Below, piece by piece: positions 35,082 to 41,641 of a stretch of DNA of 41,641 nt (position 1 is its first letter; every line of letters starts with the position of its first letter). Source of the DNA: a virus. A program made the translations under genes and the position numbers. The notes under the pieces were generated by a model. The model was not told the DNA's origin. It searched no databases and saw only the letters and a list, made by a program, of their open reading frames with translations. The stretch is taken from IMG/VR virus record IMGVR_UViG_3300042564_003163. The stretch is one strand, 5' to 3'.

Positions 35082-35193
35082 CCAGTCGGCGTATTTGTCG
35101 CCACGTCTGCCTTGTGATACCTAAAGCGTCGGCCATCTTGTTGTCAGACAATCCGAGCCTTCGCTGTAGGTCTAACAGCTCCGGTGCAGTCAC
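35062..35193 (-). CDS. Small HTH DNA-binding protein (43 aa), not in the ORF track
   Basis: GTG start with a strong RBS (gggagg, complement of 35199-35204). Translation: MTAPELLDLQRRLGLSDNKMADALGITRQTWRQIRRLEKKDPG. Confidence 0.55.
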   Translation of the reverse strand: MTAPELLDLQRRLGLSDNKMADALGITRQTWRQIRRLEKKDPG

Positions 35194-35243
35194 TTATACC
35201 TCCCTGTTTATGAGCTGCCCGGGCAGACTGGTGCGCTTACAAA

Positions 35244-35283
35244 CAGTTTTCAAGACGTAAAGGTTTTAACCGTCTGAAAACTG
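35244..35283 (-). terminator. Imperfect 13-bp inverted repeat downstream of the ssb-like gene (terminator or operator)
   Basis: cagttttcaagacg / cgtctgaaaactg with a 13-nt loop. On the minus strand it is followed by tttgt. Confidence 0.45.
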
Positions 35284-35303
35284 CCAGTAAGATTTTCAAC
35301 GTA

Positions 35304-35600
35304 TTAAAACGGTATGTCGTCATCGATGGCTTGGGGCTTGGCCACCGGGGCGACTGGTGCAGCCGCCTGCTGCTGGTCTTGCGGCTTGAACATCGACACC
35401 AGGATAGATTCCCCACCCTTCCCGCTCAGGTCTGGAACGCCCGCCGGATTGAACCAGCGCGCCAGCATTATGAATTTGTTGCCGTCATCAGACTGCATCA
35501 CTGCGCCGACATTCTGCCACCGGCCTTTGGTCTGGCCTGATGCGCGGTCTTGATATTCGCCGGTTTTGACGGCGAGGTCATAAAGTTTCTTGGAAGCCAT
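35304..35600 (-). CDS. ssb: Atypical short single-stranded DNA-binding protein with a canonical SSB C-terminal tip
   Basis: The C-terminus ...DDDIPF matches the bacterial SSB tip. A Gln/Ala/Pro linker precedes it. The N-terminal domain is only about 73 aa. Confidence 0.55.
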   Translation of the reverse strand: MASKKLYDLAVKTGEYQDRASGQTKGRWQNVGAVMQSDDGNKFIMLARWFNPAGVPDLSGKGGESILVSMFKPQDQQQAAAPVAPVAKPQAIDDDIPF

Positions 35601-35620
35601 GATTACCTTTCAAAGTGTTG

Positions 35621-36583
35621 TTAAAAAACGTCATCGGTGTTGTCTTGCGCCGGCGGTGTTGCTGCTGCGGCTGCGTTGAGTGCAGACAGTGCCGGGTCTT
35701 GCTGCTGCTGCTGTGCGCCTTGCTTGAGCTTGTCGAAGCTGGCCGCACTGGCCTTGGCGGATTCGATAAACGCTTTGCCGAGCGCTTTCTGAATCGCCTT
35801 CGGCGTCGCTTCCCAGGCTGAGCGTAGGGCATCGACGCCACCTTCTGCGGCATTGAGAAGCATCCCTCTGGCGTGCTCGACCTTCGGATTGATCGCCTTG
35901 CCGCCATCTACCCAGCGCCGAAGCGATACGCCATCCTCTGAAGTCACATAATCCGCACCACGACCGAGCACGTCATGCAGTTCGGCTGGGCATTTCAGCA
36001 CGTCCTGCCTGCGCCCTTGATCGTGCATCATTAGCGAGACCGTGGCCTCGAATGAGAAGTTTTTCTCTTGAATCGGCTGGATACCCAGGGGGCGCGGATT
36101 CTTCGGATCGGAAAAATCCACCTTCTCACGGGCACGGGTGCAGGCGATCACGTGCGCAGGCGATTGCAGCATGTGCGTCATGAATCGCTTATGCTCGCGC
36201 TTGGCGGTTTTCCAATCTGCGATGCGGCCACTGGTATTGGTGGCGATCCACTCGCAGCCACCTTCCGATTCCCATTCATGCGTCACCGAGTCGATGACGA
36301 TCACCTCGGCGCCAGCCTTGCAGGCCGCATCAATCGCGGCGATGTAGCGCTCAGGGCTGAATGGTGCGTAGAAGTCGATCACACGGAACGGCTGGGGAAG
36401 TGCATTTGCGTAAAGGCTTCCCCGGCGGTTTTCAGTGTCAATGAGCACGATCTTGCTGGCGTCATTGTTGGCCAAGCCATACGCGAGCTGGAGGGCTGTA
36501 TAGGTCTTGCCAGAACCGGACACGCCAGAGAGTTGAATCAGTAATCGAGCGCCTTGGCGCTCTGCGGTCTTAATCTCAAACAT
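35621..36583 (-). CDS. Sak4-like (AAA_24) RecA-fold ATPase / ssDNA annealing protein
   Basis: Walker A GVSGSGKTY, Walker B VIVIDSVTHEWE, flanked by exonuclease and SSB genes. ATG at 36583 with RBS aagggg (a GTG at 36589 is also possible). Confidence 0.6.
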   Translation of the reverse strand: MFEIKTAERQGARLLIQLSGVSGSGKTYTALQLAYGLANNDASKIVLIDTENRRGSLYANALPQPFRVIDFYAPFSPERYIAAIDAACKAGAEVIVIDSVTHEWESEGGCEWIATNTSGRIADWKTAKREHKRFMTHMLQSPAHVIACTRAREKVDFSDPKNPRPLGIQPIQEKNFSFEATVSLMMHDQGRRQDVLKCPAELHDVLGRGADYVTSEDGVSLRRWVDGGKAINPKVEHARGMLLNAAEGGVDALRSAWEATPKAIQKALGKAFIESAKASAASFDKLKQGAQQQQQDPALSALNAAAAATPPAQDNTDDVF

Positions 36584-36592
36584 AATCACCCC

Positions 36593-37444
36593 TTAATTAT
36601 CAATTGCTTCGGAAACCTGCTTTTCTGCCCAAGTCGGCAGTGTCAGCGGTTTGACTTCGGACGGATACCCAGGCCAAGTGTTGCTCGCTACGCAATTCTT
36701 GTAAATCGCAAGCAAACTCTTGTAGGTCTTGCGACCGTATGCGAGTAAGTCTTCACTAGCGCTGTAATACGCGCTCGCAAACGGTGCATCTTTTTCCTGC
36801 GCCAGCCAGATAAACGTGGGCGGCTGGCTTGTGCCGTGCACTTTTTGGAAGCCGTCGCAGTACCAGGCCGATTGCAGGTGCGCGTCATAGTTCCAGACGA
36901 ACTTGGCAAAACCTTCCGGGCTGGCATCGAGGCAGGTCTTGCCGTCAGCGATTAGCCCATGCGGAAACATCTCGCATGGTGCGACCATAAAGTCCGGGCG
37001 CATCTTGCAGTTTGCGCCAGTGTCTGAATCCACCCAGAACATCGAGGCTTCGCAGACTGCGCTTACGCCATCGCCGAATAGCACCCGGCTGATCGGGTTG
37101 CTGCGCGATGCTTCGCGCATACGCCTGAGCTGTTCCCAGGTGGACGCGCTGAGCGGTTCCAGTCCGCTCGCTTCCAATTCTGCCCAGAGGGCTTTTCCTT
37201 CCTTGGTGCGCCGATCAAGGCCTTCCGGCACCTGAACATATCGCTCGGTGAATTGGTCAGGTTCAAATATGGCGCAATGCCAGGCCGTGCCCTGCTTCTT
37301 GGCTGGCGTGGGTTGCTCGCGCTCACGGTCTGGGTCGAGATACCGAGACCAGTAGTGCAGGGGTGAACGTTGTAGCAGCTTGAGGCCGCTAGAGCCGATT
37401 GCCGGATGATCGTGGTATTCAGCATTAGGTAGATCTTTAATCAT
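36593..37444 (-). CDS. PD-(D/E)XK exonuclease (RecE / exonuclease VIII-like, DUF3799-type)
   Basis: N-terminal LPNAEYHDHPAIGSSGLKLL signature and a D...ADGKT core. ATG at 37444 with RBS aaggag. The upstream ORF extension is rejected. Confidence 0.65.
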   Translation of the reverse strand: MIKDLPNAEYHDHPAIGSSGLKLLQRSPLHYWSRYLDPDREREQPTPAKKQGTAWHCAIFEPDQFTERYVQVPEGLDRRTKEGKALWAELEASGLEPLSASTWEQLRRMREASRSNPISRVLFGDGVSAVCEASMFWVDSDTGANCKMRPDFMVAPCEMFPHGLIADGKTCLDASPEGFAKFVWNYDAHLQSAWYCDGFQKVHGTSQPPTFIWLAQEKDAPFASAYYSASEDLLAYGRKTYKSLLAIYKNCVASNTWPGYPSEVKPLTLPTWAEKQVSEAIDN

Positions 37445-37482
37445 AGAGCTCCTTGTTGGTTGATGCGCTTCAGTACAGCGCT

Positions 37483-37534
37483 TTGACAATATAGCATATA
37501 TTCTTACATTGTGGTACATTGTGGCACATTGTAT
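37483..37534 (+). promoter_or_regulatory. Promoter (TTGACA-16 nt-TACATT) overlapped by three tandem 10-bp repeats (TACATTGTGG x2, CACATTGTAT)
   Basis: Read directly: the repeats are at 37505-37534 and start at the -10 element. Confidence 0.6.
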
Positions 37535-37561
37535 TATCTTGTCTATTGGGAAAGGATTTAC

Positions 37562-37714
37562 ATGACTAACCGAAGCATCACTTTGCGAATGCCTGCCGAT
37601 CTTGTCAAAAAGATTGACGCCATTGCCGCTGAGCAGTCGAAGCGGTTGAGCCTGCGCGTGGATCGCAGCCAAGTCATTCGGCAATTCATTATCAAAGCAC
37701 TGGAAGGAAAATAA
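37562..37714 (+). CDS. Ribbon-helix-helix (CopG/Arc-like) DNA-binding protein (50 aa)
   Basis: RSITLRMPADLVKKIDAIAAEQ is a beta-strand plus helix RHH signature. RBS aaagga. Confidence 0.65.
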   Translation: MTNRSITLRMPADLVKKIDAIAAEQSKRLSLRVDRSQVIRQFIIKALEGK

Positions 37715-38010
37715 TGAGACGAGTCTATATCGCTGGACCTATGTCCGGTCTGCCAGCGTATAACTGGCCGCTATTCAACGACACCGCCGCCCGACTTCGG
37801 GCGCAGGGCTATAACGTCACCAACCCGACCGAAAACGGGCTTCGCGCAGATGCGCCTTGGGAGCATCACATGCGCCGTGACATCGCGATGCTGTTGACGT
37901 GTGACGCAATACTGATGCTGCCTGGCTGGTCAAAGTCTCGCGGTGCGATGCTGGAGTGGAAGATCGCCGTCGAGCTGGGCTTTGACGTGATCTATGAAGC
38001 CTCTGAATAA
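37714..38010 (+). CDS. DUF4406 / nucleoside 2-deoxyribosyltransferase-like protein
   Basis: VYIAGPMSG.P.YNWP.F...A..L...G..V.NP...W...M..D...L..CD.I..LPGW..S.GA..E...A..LG matches the DUF4406 pattern. Confidence 0.65.
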   Translation: MRRVYIAGPMSGLPAYNWPLFNDTAARLRAQGYNVTNPTENGLRADAPWEHHMRRDIAMLLTCDAILMLPGWSKSRGAMLEWKIAVELGFDVIYEASE

Positions 38011-39483
38011 ATGATCGAACTACGACCATATCAATCGACCGCCGTCGATGAGCTTCGGGCTGCCTATGCTTCCGGGCGCAGAACGCCATTGCTGGTGTTG
38101 CCAACTGGTGGCGGAAAAACAACGATATTCGGCTACGTCACCCATGGCGCTGCTGCCAAGGGCAGGTGCGTTTACCTGGTGGCGCATCGCGCCGAGCTGG
38201 TGAAGCAGATCGCCGCTACGCTGGCCAGATTCGGTACTCAGCACCAGATCGTCGCGCCCGGTTCAGTAGTCAGGCAGGCGCAGGTTGCCCAGTTCAAGGC
38301 GCACGGGAAAACCTACACGCACCGGAATGCGAGGGTTTATGTCGCCAGCGTCCAGACCTTAGTCAAACGCCTAGACGACCTGCCGCCGCCTGACCTGATC
38401 GTAGTCGATGAAGCCCACCACCTGACGATGGACAGCACGTGGGGTCGCGTGGTGAGCGCCTACCCGGCGGCCAAGCTGCTACCTGTCACAGCCACCCCAT
38501 GCCGCCTGGACGGCAAAGGCTTGGGGCTGGGAGCCGGAGGCTTCGCCGATGAGATCGTGACGGGTCCATCGATGCGCGAGCTAATCGACAGCGGCTTCCT
38601 GTCGCCGTACCGGATATTTGCGCCGCCGAATGCGCTTGACCTGTCTGGGGTGCGCACCAGGGCAGGCGATTACGCCAAGGATCAACTGGCCGTCGCTGTC
38701 GATAAGCCGACCATCACGGGTGACGCCGTGGCGCATTACAAACGCTTGGCGACCGGCAAGCGAGCTGTCGCTTTCTGCGTATCGGTCAGCCACGCCGAGC
38801 ACGTTGCAGCCGAGTTTCGCCAAGCTGGAATAGCGTCTGAATTTCTCGATGGGAAGATGGACGCAGCCGAGCGCGAGAAAACCATCGCCAGGTTTGAATC
38901 CGGCGAAACGCTGGTGTTGTCGTCATGCGACATAGTGAGCGAAGGCTTCGATCTGCCAGCGATTGAAGTCGCTATCTTACTGCGCCCTACCGAGAGCCTG
39001 AGCCTGTATCTACAGCAAGTCGGCAGAGCGCTTCGCACATTCCCCGGCAAAGAATGCGCGATCATTCTCGACCACGTTGGCGCAGTGGTACGGCATGGTC
39101 TTCCGGACGAAGACCGCGACTGGTCACTCGATGGTGTGCAGCGCCGCCGCCGCGCGGCCAACGACAATGATGAGCCTGGCGTCGACCGCGTGGCCACCTG
39201 CCCGAAGTGTTTCACGGTGCACCTACCCGCGCCACGGTGCCCGACTTGCGATCACGTGTATCCAGTCAAAGAGCGCGTGGTTGAGAGCACCGAAGGCAAC
39301 CTGATCGAGATCACTGGCGATCAGCTAGAAGCACTGCGCCGCCAGAAACGCGCCGAGCAGGGTGGCGCAAAGACGCTCGATGACCTGATCGCCGTAGGCC
39401 GCTCGCGCGGGATGAAACAGCCCGAAGCCTGGGCGCGCCACGTGTTGCGTGCGCGGATGGCGAAGTATGGGGCGCGGGCATGA
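38011..39483 (+). CDS. Superfamily 2 DEAH-box helicase (ResIII + helicase C) with a C-terminal zinc ribbon
   Basis: Walker A LPTGGGKTT, DEAH VVDEAHHL, motif VI QQVGRALR, Zn-ribbon CPKC...CPTC. Confidence 0.85.
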   Translation: MIELRPYQSTAVDELRAAYASGRRTPLLVLPTGGGKTTIFGYVTHGAAAKGRCVYLVAHRAELVKQIAATLARFGTQHQIVAPGSVVRQAQVAQFKAHGKTYTHRNARVYVASVQTLVKRLDDLPPPDLIVVDEAHHLTMDSTWGRVVSAYPAAKLLPVTATPCRLDGKGLGLGAGGFADEIVTGPSMRELIDSGFLSPYRIFAPPNALDLSGVRTRAGDYAKDQLAVAVDKPTITGDAVAHYKRLATGKRAVAFCVSVSHAEHVAAEFRQAGIASEFLDGKMDAAEREKTIARFESGETLVLSSCDIVSEGFDLPAIEVAILLRPTESLSLYLQQVGRALRTFPGKECAIILDHVGAVVRHGLPDEDRDWSLDGVQRRRRAANDNDEPGVDRVATCPKCFTVHLPAPRCPTCDHVYPVKERVVESTEGNLIEITGDQLEALRRQKRAEQGGAKTLDDLIAVGRSRGMKQPEAWARHVLRARMAKYGARA

Positions 39484-39716
39484 CCTGCCTCGGCTGCCAG
39501 CGGTGCGAGACCGACCCCATGGTGACCCTGATCAACGGCAGGAAGGTGTGCAGCTATTGCCCAGACTGGCGGCTTGAGTGCGAAGCTAGGCAGGTTGCCG
39601 CCATGCCTACACTGGAGCAAAGAAGAGCCTACATGGTGGAGGTGCAGAAAAGGCGCGGCCAGGCCGCTTATTTAGAGCTTGCGCGAGTGGTTTCCGTTGT
39701 TTGGAAGAATAACTAG
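39480..39716 (+). CDS. Small Cys-rich protein (CxxCxxC...CxxC)
   Basis: ATGA overlap with the helicase gene. 78 aa. Confidence 0.5.
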   Translation: MTCLGCQRCETDPMVTLINGRKVCSYCPDWRLECEARQVAAMPTLEQRRAYMVEVQKRRGQAAYLELARVVSVVWKNN

Positions 39717-39739
39717 GGTAAACCCCTATAAAATACTAT

Positions 39740-39767
39740 TTACAACGTAAATAAATAGGCGTATAGT
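39740..39767 (+). promoter_or_regulatory. Candidate promoter (TTACAA-16 nt-TATAGT) carrying the shared TTACAACGTAAA motif
   Basis: Hexamers in the AT-rich intergenic region ahead of the low-GC small-gene block. Confidence 0.4.
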
Positions 39768-39810
39768 TATCTACATGGATAGCAATAAAGCTAATCCTAC
39801 ACCAAGGAGA

Positions 39811-40158
39811 ATGAAAATGATGACAAGAGCCGAAGCAGTAAAAGCATTATCCGAAGCAATCAAGTCTTACAGCGGCGAAACTGGACCGGGCAAGTGGTCT
39901 GTAGAAGAAAGCGCCAATAGCAATAGAGCGGCTGTCGGCTTGGTGTACACGGTCGAATTACAAAACCTTGCCTTTCCAAGCCCTCACGCTGACATAAAAG
40001 ATTCGAGCTACATTTTGGAAAAATTCGGCGGCAATCAGATACTAAAAAACGCTGGACTTGATTATTTTGATGGCATGTCAGATTGCTATGTCGATGAATT
40101 TGGGGATCGCATGTATTGCCAGATGTCACTTATTGAAGTGGCAGACGAAGCGGAATGA
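39811..40158 (+). CDS. Hypothetical protein (115 aa), low GC
   Basis: ATG at 39811 directly after aaggaga. The longer ORF from 39775 is less likely. Confidence 0.5.
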   Translation: MKMMTRAEAVKALSEAIKSYSGETGPGKWSVEESANSNRAAVGLVYTVELQNLAFPSPHADIKDSSYILEKFGGNQILKNAGLDYFDGMSDCYVDEFGDRMYCQMSLIEVADEAE

Positions 40159-40206
40159 TTAGCGGTAAATAGAAAACAGGGGCGCAAGCCCCTACAGGAG
40201 AATAAA

Positions 40207-40386
40207 ATGAATACATACTACGAAACGACTAAACATAGTTTTGGTTTTGTTGCCGTTCGGGAAAATGGCGCGAATTACACTCCACCCGGTAAGCGTATCA
40301 AGGCCACGCCAAAGCTGCGTGAGCTGGCCAAAATTGGAGCGATACCAACGTTGAGCCCTATAGCCTCTGGTCTTGGCTATTTATAA
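40207..40386 (+). CDS. Small hypothetical protein (59 aa), not in the ORF track
   Basis: RBS caggaga 5 nt upstream. MNTYYETTKHSFGFVAVRENG... Confidence 0.45.
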   Translation: MNTYYETTKHSFGFVAVRENGANYTPPGKRIKATPKLRELAKIGAIPTLSPIASGLGYL

Positions 40387-40406
40387 ATTCAAGAATTGAG
40401 ACAAGT

Positions 40407-40553
40407 ATGAGTGAATTATTACTCGTCAATAGTGCCCATCAAACAGCACAATTGATCATTCTAGAAGACAAGCCCGTCGATATTACATTCGATGATTTTG
40501 TTAATGCTGCTGGATGGGGTGACTATGATTTACATGATGGGCAAGCCCGTTAA
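40407..40553 (+). CDS. Small hypothetical protein (48 aa)
   Basis: ORF only, with a weak RBS. Confidence 0.25.
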   Translation: MSELLLVNSAHQTAQLIILEDKPVDITFDDFVNAAGWGDYDLHDGQAR

Positions 40554-40734
40554 GACAGCCAAACCGGCCGCGCCAGTAGTCGTGCCAGTAGTTTCCAAGG
40601 CGGCACCGAAAGCCAGGATTCAGCCAGTCCAGTGCGAGCTGAGCCAAACAGAGCGCAAGCTGGCCAAAATTTACGGACGCTTGCCATTCAGTTTTGCAAA
40701 TAATTGGGATGCTCGCCTAGAGCCGCCCGCTTGA
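40525..40734 (+). CDS. Small hypothetical protein; start uncertain
   Basis: ORF with ggggtg upstream. Lys/Ala/Pro/Val-rich. Confidence 0.3.
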   Translation: MIYMMGKPVKTAKPAAPVVVPVVSKAAPKARIQPVQCELSQTERKLAKIYGRLPFSFANNWDARLEPPA

Positions 40735-40744
40735 AAGGAATGAA

Positions 40745-40870
40745 ATGAACATGAAAGAATTGATGTGGTGGACGATTGCAGCAAGCCAGTTCGGCCTGCT
40801 GATGTATATGACATTCGTGATGTCGCCCGAGCAGGCGCAAGCGATATTTCAGTGCGTGAGGTACTTATGA
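40745..40870 (+). CDS. Small membrane peptide (41 aa), not in the ORF track
   Basis: RBS aaagga. Hydrophobic core WWTIAASQFGLLMYMTFVM. ATGA overlap with the next gene. Confidence 0.4.
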   Translation: MNMKELMWWTIAASQFGLLMYMTFVMSPEQAQAIFQCVRYL

Positions 40871-41097
40871 GCATCAAACAAGACTTGCGCGACTTTATAG
40901 AATGCTATTTTCCAGCGTCAAAATTCAAGCGCGCATGGCAAAACGCCATTGCTTTTTTTGCGCCCGAAGACGCCAAGGTCGAACTGGAAGCGCTAGACTA
41001 CACCATTGCTGACCTGGAACGCCAGCGCAGGATCATCGGCCTACAGTTGAGTTTTCTGCGCCTCGAGCGCGCACGCAAGATGCAGGAAATAAAATGA
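40867..41097 (+). CDS. Hypothetical protein (76 aa)
   Basis: ATGA-coupled at both ends. Confidence 0.45.
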   Translation: MSIKQDLRDFIECYFPASKFKRAWQNAIAFFAPEDAKVELEALDYTIADLERQRRIIGLQLSFLRLERARKMQEIK

Positions 41098-41240
41098 AGC
41101 ACGCGATCCTGATAGCCGTGCTCATCATGTTTTGCTTCGTTGTTGTATTTATCACGAAAAAGATGAGCGAAGACGGTGGAAGTATATTCAGTCTGCTGGG
41201 CGCTAAGGCGCATTGTGGCGCGCATTGTTTGGTGAGGTGA
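41094..41240 (+). CDS. Small membrane peptide (48 aa), not in the ORF track
   Basis: ATGA overlap with the upstream gene. Hydrophobic N-terminus AILIAVLIMFCFVVVFI. Confidence 0.4.
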   Translation: MKHAILIAVLIMFCFVVVFITKKMSEDGGSIFSLLGAKAHCGAHCLVR

Positions 41241-41243
41241 GAG

Positions 41244-41513
41244 ATGATACCGCTTACTTACGGCGAATGCAGTAACGGTGAAATGTATATACAGGAAGTA
41301 GATAACCCCGACATTCAGGTGGCCTATGTACTTAATTACGGCGATTTTAATAAAACCTTGGCGCTTGCTCAATTATTTGCCGCCGCGCCTGATTTGCTTG
41401 GAGCGCTAGAAGAATTGTTAGCCATGTGCCAACGTCAAGAAAACTTTAACGACGACGGCGACGGTTGCATGTTTGAGCGCGCCAGTGCCGCTATTGCAAA
41501 AGCAAGGGGGTGA
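41244..41513 (+). CDS. Hypothetical protein (89 aa)
   Basis: ORF with ggtgaggtgagag upstream. Confidence 0.5.
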   Translation: MIPLTYGECSNGEMYIQEVDNPDIQVAYVLNYGDFNKTLALAQLFAAAPDLLGALEELLAMCQRQENFNDDGDGCMFERASAAIAKARG

Positions 41514-41514
41514 G

Positions 41515-41641
41515 AAATGATATTTACAGTTAGACACCTCATCGAAATCGCAGACAAAGCTCAAAAAGCAATTGCGCAAGGTGAACTAAGGCCGACAGAC
41601 GAGGTGTATTTATCTCTCGAAGTGACCGATGACAATGACGA
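41515..41641. repeat. Second copy of the terminal overlap (equals 1-127)
   Basis: Exact sequence identity with the window start. Confidence 0.95.

Noticed and set aside
35048-35260. The + strand 70-aa ORF after the late terminator
   Set aside because: It starts inside the terminator hairpin and has no RBS. The opposite strand encodes a convincing RBS-led HTH peptide (35062..35193).
37505-37534. Tandem 10-bp repeats considered as a mini CRISPR or satellite array
   Set aside because: There are only three contiguous copies with no spacers. Their position on a promoter argues for operator sites.

Overview
The window is a complete, circularly closed dsDNA phage genome. Bases 1-127 are identical to 41515-41641, so the unique length is about 41,514 bp. 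It has a lambda-like siphovirus morphogenesis operon on the + strand: Nu1-like TerS, GpA-type TerL, gpW, lambda-family portal, S49 protease with a nested scaffold, a decoration-like protein, major capsid, FII-like and U-like connectors, major tail protein, a G/GT chaperone pair with a visible -1 frameshift site, tape measure, and M, L, K, I, J homologues plus a tail fibre. A lysis cassette follows (membrane/holin candidates, GH19 endolysin, embedded Rz/Rz1 spanins). A short minus-strand recombination module comes next (PD-(D/E)XK exonuclease, Sak4-like ATPase, atypical SSB). The + strand also carries early and replication genes: RHH regulator, DUF4406-like protein, SF2 helicase, many tiny low-GC ORFs, VRR-NUC nuclease, NPPF adenine methyltransferase and a Toprim/VirE primase-helicase. 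I saw no integrase, CI-type repressor, tRNA or CRISPR array. The most interesting locus is 8029-11072. It is a four-gene, translationally coupled cassette (ParB/Srx domain, cupin, PP-loop PAPS-reductase/DndC/IbrA-like, ParB/IbrB-like) joined directly to the terminase genes, and I propose it as a candidate DNA-modification or packaging-linked system of unknown chemistry. Other notable items are an iteron / AT-rich / G-tract origin-like region, a putative cos region, a 10-12 nt motif shared by three operon-start regions, tandem operators upstream of the RHH gene, a Mor-like activator inside the late operon, and several unlisted small genes. All functional calls rest on motif recognition by eye and on gene order; no database search was possible.
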